A stretch of DNA of 64,000 bases, taken from IMG/VR virus record IMGVR_UViG_3300020469_000029; one strand, written 5' to 3'. Position numbers and translations under genes: made by a program. This DNA is from an uncultured virus (IMG/VR IMGVR_UViG_3300020469_000029) (lineage: Duplodnaviria; Heunggongvirae; Uroviricota; Caudoviricetes; Kyanoviridae). Positions 1 through 8,237 of this stretch are shown piece by piece. The notes beneath the pieces were generated by a model. That model worked only from the letters and a program-made list of their open reading frames with translations, made no database searches and was not told the DNA's origin. Position 1 is the stretch's first letter. Each line of letters begins with the position of its first letter.

Positions 1-50
1 TCAACCGACGATAAGGCATGTAAATCTATTCAACCAACGGAGTATTAACC

Positions 51-293
51 ATGACTAAATCTACTTTACCAAAGAAATTAGCATTGCAATTAGATGCTTA
101 TGATCAAGGATTACTCCCCCCTGATTTACAAATAGAGATGGCACAGTTCTTGATAGATTGTGAGTTACACAATGACCTCACTCAGTATCAACAACTATGC
201 GACTATTTCATTGCGGAAGGTGTATGTTATGAAGTAGGATATGCGGAGGATTATGATAACTTAGAGACATTTATTCCAGGATTTCACGATTAA
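51..293 (+). CDS. small acidic hypothetical phage protein (80 aa)
   Basis: ORF with GGAG RBS-like site at ~39-42; lies in a co-oriented small-gene cluster. Confidence 0.75.
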   Translation: MTKSTLPKKLALQLDAYDQGLLPPDLQIEMAQFLIDCELHNDLTQYQQLCDYFIAEGVCYEVGYAEDYDNLETFIPGFHD

Positions 294-295
294 CA

Positions 296-634
296 ATGGA
301 AGTCATAATTACACCCGATAGTGTTACATTAACGCACACATTACCCAAGGAGACTAACAACGTGACCAAACTAAATGCTCGCCCAGTGTATCAACGAAGA
401 GCACGTAATAATGCCACTAATAGTGAATTTGATGCCACACAGGTTGTTAACAATCAAGTCAACAAGTATCCTAGAATTACTAACACTGAGTGGATGATAA
501 TATTTGAGCAAATTGATAACAAATACCATGTAATTAGAGAGAAGTTGTTATCATATAAGGCAGAGGATGAGATTGTCAATAGACTGTGTGCCACTAATAT
601 TAGTGACTACGATAACATCCCAAGTCGCTATTAA
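296..634 (+). CDS. possible hypothetical protein (112 aa); may overlap regulatory DNA
   Basis: ORF starts 2 nt after the previous stop, but overlaps promoter-like motifs at 550-645. Confidence 0.4.
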   Translation: MEVIITPDSVTLTHTLPKETNNVTKLNARPVYQRRARNNATNSEFDATQVVNNQVNKYPRITNTEWMIIFEQIDNKYHVIREKLLSYKAEDEIVNRLCATNISDYDNIPSRY

Positions 635-674
635 TGCCCTATAATATAGATATCAAACGAATTCAAACCCATTT

Positions 675-812
675 ATGTCACAAACTCCCAAACAATTCAC
701 TGCTAAAGTTGAAGTAATTGGTGCACCTAATCATCCCTACAACCATACAATTAAGGTTGATAATGTTAAAACTTATGTTTACAAACCCTACCGCACACTA
801 AACAACTATTAA
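675..812 (+). CDS. small hypothetical protein, 45 aa (MSQTPKQFTAKVEVIG...), not in ORF track
   Basis: ATG 675 to TAA 810-812; downstream of TATAAT at 640-645; fills the gap before the 827 ORF. Confidence 0.55.
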   Translation: MSQTPKQFTAKVEVIGAPNHPYNHTIKVDNVKTYVYKPYRTLNNY

Positions 813-826
813 GGAGGACAATTACC

Positions 827-1057
827 ATGTTTCATAGTAAATCATTTGGTCGAATCTTCTGGATAGATGATAACGACGATTTCAAATCATGCCCACAATG
901 TGTAGACGGCACAGGCGATTTTGATGTTGAAGATTATGTTTCAGAGTGGACAGATTGGGAGGGAGTTAATATGAATGACCTCTTCGCAATTCATTCTTAT
1001 TGTGTAGTTAATAAAACACAATTTGCTGGATCATTAACATGTAAGGACGGACTATAA
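827..1057 (+). CDS. hypothetical phage protein (76 aa)
   Basis: strong AGGAGG RBS at ~812-817. Confidence 0.8.
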   Translation: MFHSKSFGRIFWIDDNDDFKSCPQCVDGTGDFDVEDYVSEWTDWEGVNMNDLFAIHSYCVVNKTQFAGSLTCKDGL

Positions 1058-1102
1058 CACCCACTAATTAACAACTAACAAACCCTAATTCTTCGACACT
1101 AA

Positions 1103-1441
1103 ATGACAACAACTCAAACACTATCATCTCTCGTAAATGACATCAACTCAGCACAAACTATTGAAGAGAATGTATACAAACTTGCCGAGTATTTGGTTAT
1201 TAATTATAATCAACGTGGGTATAATAGCGAGTTAAATGTAGAAGTAACCAAGGGAAGAAAGTATTTTAAAGTGTTAACGGACAGTAGTGTAAATTGCTTT
1301 GTAGATATAAAGAATGGCAATGTATTTAAACCTGAAAGTTATAACAAACCTGCTAAACATGTAAGGTATAACTTATTACAAGATCCACAAGATTGTTTCG
1401 ATAAATGTGATTGGGCGGGAGGATACTTATACATGAGATAA
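1103..1441 (+). CDS. conserved-type phage hypothetical protein (GRKY...FVD...G.V.KP.S...PAKHVRY...DWAGGYLY family)
   Basis: motif pattern recognised from small proteins of marine T4-like phages; not database-verified. Confidence 0.8.
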   Translation: MTTTQTLSSLVNDINSAQTIEENVYKLAEYLVINYNQRGYNSELNVEVTKGRKYFKVLTDSSVNCFVDIKNGNVFKPESYNKPAKHVRYNLLQDPQDCFDKCDWAGGYLYMR

Positions 1442-1484
1442 TAACAACAATGCTCATGCTATCTTGCCCACTAATGCTAAACAA

Positions 1485-1538
1485 TTATCCACAATTACAA
1501 TTGAGTTTTCCACACTTAGCGGACATACTTGTGGAAAA
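1485..1538. promoter_or_regulatory. cluster of three DnaA-box matches
   Basis: TTATCCACA 1485-1493, TTTTCCACA 1506-1514, TGTGGAAAA 1530-1538 (reverse orientation). Confidence 0.55.
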
Positions 1539-1622
1539 CAGTGTATATTTAAAATGGTTAATTAAATGTAAGTATGTGTTATTTAACGCTTGTAATATGG
1601 ACTCTAGTTAGTGTTATCTTAG

Positions 1623-1651
1623 AGCGTAACATAGCGAGATTTTTTTGTCAA
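1623..1651 (-). promoter_or_regulatory. leftward sigma70-type promoter
   Basis: minus strand TTGACA (1651-1646), 17 nt ending TGT, TACGCT (1628-1623). Confidence 0.5.
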
Positions 1652-1687
1652 CAACTGCTAAGAATTGCCACAATCTGACTATAACCC

Positions 1688-1716
1688 TTGACATGACAAT
1701 CATTCTGCTATATAAT
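1688..1716 (+). promoter_or_regulatory. consensus sigma70 (early) promoter
   Basis: TTGACA 1688-1693, 17 nt, TATAAT 1711-1716. Confidence 0.85.
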
Positions 1717-1737
1717 AACAATGTAAGCACAATCATC

Positions 1738-1905
1738 ATGGGAAGGACTTACAAACGCAACGACCTCTATTCATCAAATAAGGCGAAGAGTTTGCAAGAA
1801 AAGAGAAAACAATCCAAGACAAAGTATAGAAGGGAAAATGTTAACGATTCCACAAGTCCTGTGGAAAAGTATCACAAACCCCGCACTCCCCCCGCTAACA
1901 CTTAA
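1738..1905 (+). CDS. small basic protein, 55 aa (MGRTYKRND...)
   Basis: in-frame ATG at 1738 just downstream of the consensus promoter; the track's start at 1645 lies upstream of that promoter. Confidence 0.7.
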   Translation: MGRTYKRNDLYSSNKAKSLQEKRKQSKTKYRRENVNDSTSPVEKYHKPRTPPANT

Positions 1906-1919
1906 TCCCCCTAATCACA

Positions 1920-2090
1920 ATGTCCAAAGTATCAACAATTAACACTAATCCCCCAGTAAATGTTAAAGTATGGGAAACACGTAGGAAACACTTTTGGGCG
2001 TATGATTACCCACTATGTGTAAAGAATGGACCGTTTAAAAGCGAGAAGTTAGCATTACTTGATGCGACGCAATACTCATCAGATAGTTAA
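1920..2090 (+). CDS. small hypothetical protein, 56 aa (MSKVSTINTNPPVNVKVW...NGPFKSEKLA...), not in ORF track
   Basis: ATG 1920 to TAA 2088-2090; GPF-x-S/T-E-x-x-A motif seen in small phage proteins. Confidence 0.65.
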   Translation: MSKVSTINTNPPVNVKVWETRRKHFWAYDYPLCVKNGPFKSEKLALLDATQYSSDS

Positions 2091-2310
2091 CAACAACTGT
2101 GTAGGCACTAAGTAACACATAACGGGCATGATAGTGTGATGTTAACTAACACTAACTGTAAGTCCTACTAATTATTACATAGTGCATATACACTAAATGT
2201 TATATAAGCAGTTATTAAGTTTTCGATATTGTGTAACCTACAAAAGTATAGCATCGAGAGAGATATAAAAATAATTCCCAATATAAAAAATTCCCCCATA
2301 GGTTTTTTCA

Positions 2311-2790
2311 GTGTCAGAGTTTAATCAAAGTCCCAAAGAGATCCTCCGAGAGCAATTAATGGAGGAGTTTAAAGATCTCATTGGTCTCCCATGGCCTGGT
2401 AGAAGATATCCAGGTTGCTATGACGTTATACAGAAATATGTCCAGAGTCGCCTAGGAAGGTCTCTGAAGGACTTCTCAGGACTGTATACAGCATTCAAGG
2501 ATGAAGCAGTAGCAGAAGAAGATGGTCTGTGGATAACTCGACCAGAGTGGGGAGAGGACTGGGATACGTCTATCTTACAGAAGAATGATCTCCTCTTGTT
2601 TAAGATATACAATGAAGCACTCGGTGGTGGGTATGCTGACAAGTCTGGAAGAGCACCTAATCATGGAGCGATTTACCTAGGTGATGGGTGGATGCTTCAC
2701 CAGTTATGGAAGACAGACTCAGAGATAGTGGAATTAAACAGACACTATCGCATATGCTGTGTAGGTGTAGTGAGGGAAAATGCTACATAA
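2311..2790 (+). CDS. NlpC/P60-family cysteine hydrolase (lambda gpK-like C-terminal domain)
   Basis: IGLPW...GCYDV (Cys), DLLLF, PNHGAIYLGDGWMLHQ (His/His) match the NlpC/P60 layout; GTG start uncertain. Confidence 0.8.
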   Translation: MSEFNQSPKEILREQLMEEFKDLIGLPWPGRRYPGCYDVIQKYVQSRLGRSLKDFSGLYTAFKDEAVAEEDGLWITRPEWGEDWDTSILQKNDLLLFKIYNEALGGGYADKSGRAPNHGAIYLGDGWMLHQLWKTDSEIVELNRHYRICCVGVVRENAT

Positions 2791-2815
2791 GACAGATATA
2801 CAGGTTAAGTATGAA

Positions 2816-2977
2816 ATGAAAAGATTCACACTACGAATAGAAGAAGATGACTTCGGAGAGAATTATATACACATACCTGAAGATGTTATGAAAGACTGTG
2901 GATGGGATATAGGGACAAACTTAGAATATGAGGAAGAGACAGACGGAAGTATCATATTACATAAGGTAGACGAATGA
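2816..2977 (+). CDS. AbrB/MazE/SpoVT-like DNA-binding protein
   Basis: YIHIPEDVMKDCGWDIGTNLEYEEETDGSIILHKV fits the swapped-hairpin pattern; start probably ATG 2816. Confidence 0.7.
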   Translation: MKRFTLRIEEDDFGENYIHIPEDVMKDCGWDIGTNLEYEEETDGSIILHKVDE

Positions 2978-3042
2978 AGTATAATCAAATGATGTTGACT
3001 ATATTGGTAATATGCAATATAATTAACTTAGTAAAAAATTAG
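2974..3042 (+). CDS. putative 22-aa hydrophobic peptide (MKYNQMMLTILVICNIINLVKN)
   Basis: ATGA overlap with the upstream stop; fills the gap to the 3055 ORF. Confidence 0.4.
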   Translation: MKYNQMMLTILVICNIINLVKN

Positions 3043-3054
3043 CGTCTCAAAAAA

Positions 3055-3336
3055 ATGGCGAATTCACATGAAGTGCCTCAGTTTGAGTCTCAAGAGGAAT
3101 ACATAAGTTGGGCACTGGAGAGAGTATCGGAAGCAATAACTAACTTAAGTAGTCGTATAGAGCAAGTGGAAAGCGGATTACAAAAAATCCCTCCTCCAGG
3201 TGCTGATATGATTAAGTATAAACCACCTGGTAGTCCCACGTATAGTAATTTAAAAGAGTTATTAGATATAATCTTTGATAGTATTAATGCCCATGAGCAG
3301 CGACTAAATAAGATAGAAGACAAACTTAATTTGTAA
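3055..3336 (+). CDS. hypothetical coiled-coil protein (93 aa)
   Basis: stop overlaps the next start (TAATG); heptad-like segments. Confidence 0.8.
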   Translation: MANSHEVPQFESQEEYISWALERVSEAITNLSSRIEQVESGLQKIPPPGADMIKYKPPGSPTYSNLKELLDIIFDSINAHEQRLNKIEDKLNL

Positions 3337-6300
3337 TGCCTGCTTATATTCAGGAGACAGGAAGAAGTTATCCCAATCCAATTAAGAGTGGTGCTTTCAC
3401 TCAAGGGTTTAGAAGACCTGCGAGTGATAAGTACAGGACTTCTAGTGATTATCCTGGACATAACACAGATAATGCTGGTAGTATGAATTACCAGATCACC
3501 TTTGATGATGGTGGTCCTGGTAGTATGCCTATGGGTAAGGATATTGTCCATTACATTGGTGACGAAGAACCTACTAATGTAAGTAGAGAAGGTAATGAGA
3601 GAGCAGGTATATACAGATTTTATAGAGCACCAAAGGATGATCACAAATATAGTAGAGACCCACAGTTAATAAAGAGAGACTTCGGTTGCGAAAACGAGAG
3701 TTGGCAACGTGCTGCTTCTGGGTATAATCCTGAGCCTAGGAGTGGTAAACCTGTGTTCTATGTTATGACACAGCAAGTGCCTAATACGGTACCACTCAAA
3801 GCATACTACTCATATTGGCCTGATGACACCCAGCTGTGTGCTGGGACAAATGTCCCTACTGGATTAAATGGAGTAGGTTGTGGAAGAAACAAATATTTGG
3901 AAGTAGATACATTAGGATATGTCTTTGATACAGAAGCAAATGCACAAGCAGTCTGTAGTCCTGGTGAAACACCTAGAGCAATCTATGAATATCTACATCC
4001 AGACCCTGATCACTTCTATACTATAGATCCTGCTAGAGAAGTAAATTTAGCAGACAATAGTCCTATTCCACCAGCAAATGCATTAGGAAAGGAATACTCT
4101 TATGTTGGAATCATAGGGTGGGCGTTTGCAACACGTGCTCTAGACTCTCCTACAGACACTATAATAGACGTTGGTAAGATTGGACCTACTGGACAATGTA
4201 TCGATAAATCTGATTGGTATGATTACTCAGATGATGCCCAACAAAATTATGATGAAGCAGGTACAGGGTGGTCTGAATTCATGTATCGTCAGGGTAGAGA
4301 CTCTAGCGGTGCTAGTGTAGAAGGTCCACCTAATGTTAATGGTTGGGGTAACCCAGACAATGTAGAGATAGAAAATAACGAAGCACTGTTTGAGTGGAGT
4401 TATGGTCTCAGTGGTGCTGTAAAGGGTGCTATACCACGCTTCCTTGGATTTGAGGATATGTATGACTCCCAGTTTGTATTTTACCTATTTGATACTACAA
4501 ACCCTTGGAATGGTCCTATCTTCTCTACTCAGTATATTTTAAGTAATGCTCAGTGTTGCCCTAATACAACTGATCCTGAAGGATGCCCACATTGTGCACC
4601 TGAATGGACATACCACTCACACTTCTATGAGATTAATCCTGATGTATGGAATACTACTAAGACTAAGCTCTCCCTACATGATACTTCCACTCAAGGAGTG
4701 AATGAATCATTCTGGACTATCGATACTGATAGTCCTGTTGTATTTTTCCGTTATACCACCCGTACTGGAGACTTTAATGCAGGTGACAAGCTTAATGGAT
4801 GGGATGTAGTATCCGTTTATTATTTCGGTGAGGAGCTTAAGTGCGGTGTAATGGAGCTTACATGGGATACTAGTAATGATAATAAGTGGTATGTCAACCC
4901 TGCTTGTATAGCATGGCGCATTACTAATAGTAGTGGTGCGGAATTAACCAATTCCATTACAGAGAAAGGGTCATGGGTTGCTATAGGTACACCCAATCAC
5001 CCCGCAACTGGGTGGACAACACACATGAAGTCATATGGAATATACCCTGTATTACCAGCAGATGACGTAGTAGATCCGTATATTGGTGTATGGCAGGTGC
5101 ATACTTCAACATTTACTATACCTACTGCGGGTACGTACTCTTTAAGAATAGAGTCTGATAACTTCGGTTACATGAAGATTACAGACTCTGGTAGCACTGT
5201 CCTTGTAGATAGAGAGATCACTTACGCTAATGGTATGGGGCAAGAGACCTTCCCTATGACACTTGGTGCAGGCACTTACACTTTAGAAACTAGAGTAAAG
5301 AATATCTTGAGGGATTCTAACCCTAATACCTTCGCATACCAAGATACATACAACTCTGCCCCTAACGACGGTCCTGGAGGCGATAAGATAGGCACAGCAG
5401 AGATATTAGCAGGGTATGGTATACCTAATAAAACTGCTATGTGTGGCACATATGAGTTTCCTAAGAAGATATCATACTGGAAAGTCCAAATAGATCCTAA
5501 AGCACTTATACCCCACCGTAACTTAGACCAAGCAGAGATTGAGGCGGTAGTGGGTGATGATGGTAGTATAGTTGATGTAGTTATTATTAATGGTGGTAGA
5601 GGATATACAGATAATGCACAAATTCATATAATGAATCCACGGGAGATGGATAACTTCTCCCCCAATGATAGCGCAGACTTTATGGAAGATAAGTTAGGTA
5701 TGGATCCTGATTATACTAAAGCACTTGCTGATCCTATGAAAGAGGATAGATCACACACTCTTTCAGAAATGAAAACTGCTGGACGCAAATGGGGCACTGC
5801 TACAGAAGCAGTTGATATGAAGGATAAAGACAATAGTATCTTTAAGTTGCAGAGAGCAGATCTTGAGATAGCACAGAAAGATGAGTTGGGATGTATTAAA
5901 GCAATTAGAATAATAGATGGTGGTGCAGGATATAATCAGGTTAACTTACCTCATATCCATATAACTGATCCTGAGAAGATTAAGTTTGATGGAGGAGGAG
6001 ATGTTTATGGTGGAAAGGAATTACAAGAGACTCACAAATTGATGGATTCTGCGTTTACTCATGAGTATAAGGAAAAGCAAATTGGAGAGTATAATGCATC
6101 TAGAGTAGAGCAAGCGGACTATAGTGTAGAACCTATAGGTAACTTGATGGATCCTGCGACTATGCAAATAGTTGGAGATAATATGAAGCAAGCAGCGCAA
6201 CCTGGTATGCTAGGGAATACTGCTACTCAGGTCTACGTTGAGGTACCAGACAGTTATATCAGGGCAGCAGCAGATGGGATAGAATTAGATAAGGTAACTA

Positions 6301-7493
6301 AACTTTGTTTTAATCTACCACCAAATTGTATTGAGATTAATGGACAGGCAAATCTTCCTGCTGCATTACCTGACATAGAGAACATGTCTGTGGTCACTGC
6401 ATTAGATCCTAACGGTGTTGGTGCATTTGAATCAAAGACAATGCCCTTTGTATACGCTGGCGTAGAAGCTGCGGATACCTTCGGTGGTAATATGTCATCT
6501 TTATATGGACCTTTCGGAGATGAGTGTATTACTGTAGCGCAACCTAAACTCTATAATATAACTAGATGGTTTGATATGCCTTGCGCTTATCTTGATGTTG
6601 GAGATGACGGTGATAGAAAGGCATTTGGATGGTTGCCGTTTAAGTATTGTGCTTCTGAGCAAAAGGAGGCAGCATTCCGTGTATCGATGGAAATAGAAGG
6701 ATATGTTGGTGGTAGTCAAGGACCAGCATTTATGGATTTCCTTCAAAACATGCCAGTGCCTCACTTACAACAGAAGAGAGATATAGCAGTGAATGCAGGT
6801 ACTAGGACTTGGAAGTGTAAGAGAAGTAGTATTGATGGTAGATGTTATCGTGATCCTGGAGATCCTGGTAACATGATATTTGTACCAGTAGGTTTGGATG
6901 AAAACACTTATGACTACAATAGATCTAACTATACAGAAGTAGAGCAGTTACAGATGTGGGCTGGTGATAATATTACTGCATCAGCAGCAGTGCAGACATG
7001 GTTAGGTCATCCTACGGCAGGAGATCCAGCAGGTACTCCTCACTCTGTAGATTATACAGCTATTGCTGTAGCAAGTTGCACTAATGGTGTGCCACCTAAT
7101 GAATGTTGGGATACCTATGTGCGTAATATTACTGCATCTGATGGACCTCTTACTGTATACTGTGGTTATGATGCTGATGGTAATGGTATAGCAGGTAAAA
7201 CTTTCTGTGCTACTACTGAGTTATATGCTTCCTGTGTAGCACTTGATAAATGTATGGATTCCTCTATTGCTATTTCTCCTAAACGTATGACAGGATCTGG
7301 ATCTAGTGCTAAGATGCTACTGGGTGCTTATAACGGTACCATGACTGTAAGGAATTATCTTACAGGTGGAGTTGTAGCTTTGGGTAGAGCGTTGCGTAAT
7401 TATGGTAACCCATACTTTGATGAATGTAGTGAGGATGATTCTTGGACAACAGGAACCACACTTAATGATATAATAGAACCTAAGAGGTTATAA
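3336..7493 (+). CDS. large virion structural protein (1385 aa), possibly tail-tip associated; HFYT-type repeats, PA14-like insert, GGxGY repeats
   Basis: long ORF translationally coupled to the PAAR gene; motifs IYEYLHPDPDHFYTIDP, YSLRIESDNFG, IINGGRGY, IIDGGAGY. Confidence 0.8.
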   Translation: MPAYIQETGRSYPNPIKSGAFTQGFRRPASDKYRTSSDYPGHNTDNAGSMNYQITFDDGGPGSMPMGKDIVHYIGDEEPTNVSREGNERAGIYRFYRAPKDDHKYSRDPQLIKRDFGCENESWQRAASGYNPEPRSGKPVFYVMTQQVPNTVPLKAYYSYWPDDTQLCAGTNVPTGLNGVGCGRNKYLEVDTLGYVFDTEANAQAVCSPGETPRAIYEYLHPDPDHFYTIDPAREVNLADNSPIPPANALGKEYSYVGIIGWAFATRALDSPTDTIIDVGKIGPTGQCIDKSDWYDYSDDAQQNYDEAGTGWSEFMYRQGRDSSGASVEGPPNVNGWGNPDNVEIENNEALFEWSYGLSGAVKGAIPRFLGFEDMYDSQFVFYLFDTTNPWNGPIFSTQYILSNAQCCPNTTDPEGCPHCAPEWTYHSHFYEINPDVWNTTKTKLSLHDTSTQGVNESFWTIDTDSPVVFFRYTTRTGDFNAGDKLNGWDVVSVYYFGEELKCGVMELTWDTSNDNKWYVNPACIAWRITNSSGAELTNSITEKGSWVAIGTPNHPATGWTTHMKSYGIYPVLPADDVVDPYIGVWQVHTSTFTIPTAGTYSLRIESDNFGYMKITDSGSTVLVDREITYANGMGQETFPMTLGAGTYTLETRVKNILRDSNPNTFAYQDTYNSAPNDGPGGDKIGTAEILAGYGIPNKTAMCGTYEFPKKISYWKVQIDPKALIPHRNLDQAEIEAVVGDDGSIVDVVIINGGRGYTDNAQIHIMNPREMDNFSPNDSADFMEDKLGMDPDYTKALADPMKEDRSHTLSEMKTAGRKWGTATEAVDMKDKDNSIFKLQRADLEIAQKDELGCIKAIRIIDGGAGYNQVNLPHIHITDPEKIKFDGGGDVYGGKELQETHKLMDSAFTHEYKEKQIGEYNASRVEQADYSVEPIGNLMDPATMQIVGDNMKQAAQPGMLGNTATQVYVEVPDSYIRAAADGIELDKVTKLCFNLPPNCIEINGQANLPAALPDIENMSVVTALDPNGVGAFESKTMPFVYAGVEAADTFGGNMSSLYGPFGDECITVAQPKLYNITRWFDMPCAYLDVGDDGDRKAFGWLPFKYCASEQKEAAFRVSMEIEGYVGGSQGPAFMDFLQNMPVPHLQQKRDIAVNAGTRTWKCKRSSIDGRCYRDPGDPGNMIFVPVGLDENTYDYNRSNYTEVEQLQMWAGDNITASAAVQTWLGHPTAGDPAGTPHSVDYTAIAVASCTNGVPPNECWDTYVRNITASDGPLTVYCGYDADGNGIAGKTFCATTELYASCVALDKCMDSSIAISPKRMTGSGSSAKMLLGAYNGTMTVRNYLTGGVVALGRALRNYGNPYFDECSEDDSWTTGTTLNDIIEPKRL

Positions 7494-8026
7494 TGGCATT
7501 TGGATATCTTCTACCAGTATCATCTTTAAATGGACTACCCTGTAGTGGTCATGGATTGTGTATACCGTCCACTGTGCACTCTGTACAGTCCTGTGGTAGC
7601 ACTCCAATCCCCTACAGCATAGTTATTAAGGAATATACCTGTTGGTGGCCTCCCCAATCATTAACACCTATCTTCCCAGTAACTCCATATAGGGCAACTG
7701 TGCAGGTTAATCGTATTCCTATTATGTTACATGGGGATACCTTTACTCCACACATAGCAGTATGTACTAATATTATTGTATACATGTGTCCTTGTGGTAA
7801 ATCCACGTGTCCAACACCAACTCCTATACCGTGTAGTCAGTTAACAATTGAAGATGGGGGTGGAGTAGGGCATACTAGAATCCTTATGGCAACAACTGTA
7901 ACAGTATTTGCTTTGAAATTGCCAATTGCTCGTATTCTAGACCCTCTAGGTGTTGGTTTTTCAGGATTTAGTTACCCTTGTTCATCTGTGGTTGCCTGGG
8001 GGCATGCAACTGTGCTATCATCATAG
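7493..8026 (+). CDS. gp5.4: PAAR-like baseplate spike tip protein, Cys-rich and extended
   Basis: CSGHG...PP, TVQVNRIPI..HGD...H, TVF..KLPIARILD, terminal TVL; position before gp25. Confidence 0.7.
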   Translation: MAFGYLLPVSSLNGLPCSGHGLCIPSTVHSVQSCGSTPIPYSIVIKEYTCWWPPQSLTPIFPVTPYRATVQVNRIPIMLHGDTFTPHIAVCTNIIVYMCPCGKSTCPTPTPIPCSQLTIEDGGGVGHTRILMATTVTVFALKLPIARILDPLGVGFSGFSYPCSSVVAWGHATVLSS

Positions 8027-8043
8027 TAGTTTATTAACCAAAA

Positions 8044-8181
8044 ATGGCATTATACGGTACAAATGGAGATTGTGTTGCTCCACCATCGAAGAAAACAAGG
8101 CAAGGTAACGGCAAAAACACTAAAATTTCGCCAACTTCACGTAATGCAGCGAAAAAGAAGTATAGGGGTCAAGGAAAATAG
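8044..8181 (+). CDS. 45-aa basic peptide ending KKKYRGQGK, not in ORF track
   Basis: ATG 8044 to TAG 8179-8181; KKTRQG...KYRGQG motif recognised from marine T4-like phages at this locus. Confidence 0.75.
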   Translation: MALYGTNGDCVAPPSKKTRQGNGKNTKISPTSRNAAKKKYRGQGK

Positions 8182-8192
8182 TCCAGAAACCC

Positions 8193-8200
8193 TATAAATA
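8193..8200 (+). promoter_or_regulatory. T4-type late promoter (gp55-dependent)
   Basis: TATAAATA upstream of gp25; a second ATAAATA at 8213-8219. Confidence 0.8.
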
Positions 8201-8237
8201 AAAGATATAGTGATAAATATCTTTAAAGTAGGTAAGA

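Noticed and set aside
1411..1611. 66-aa ORF in the track
   Set aside because: Non-ATG start overlapping the upstream gene; spans the DnaA-box/AT-rich tract; more likely non-coding
1645..1737. N-terminal extension of the 1645-1905 ORF
   Set aside because: Contains the consensus promoter; ATG 1738 is the better start
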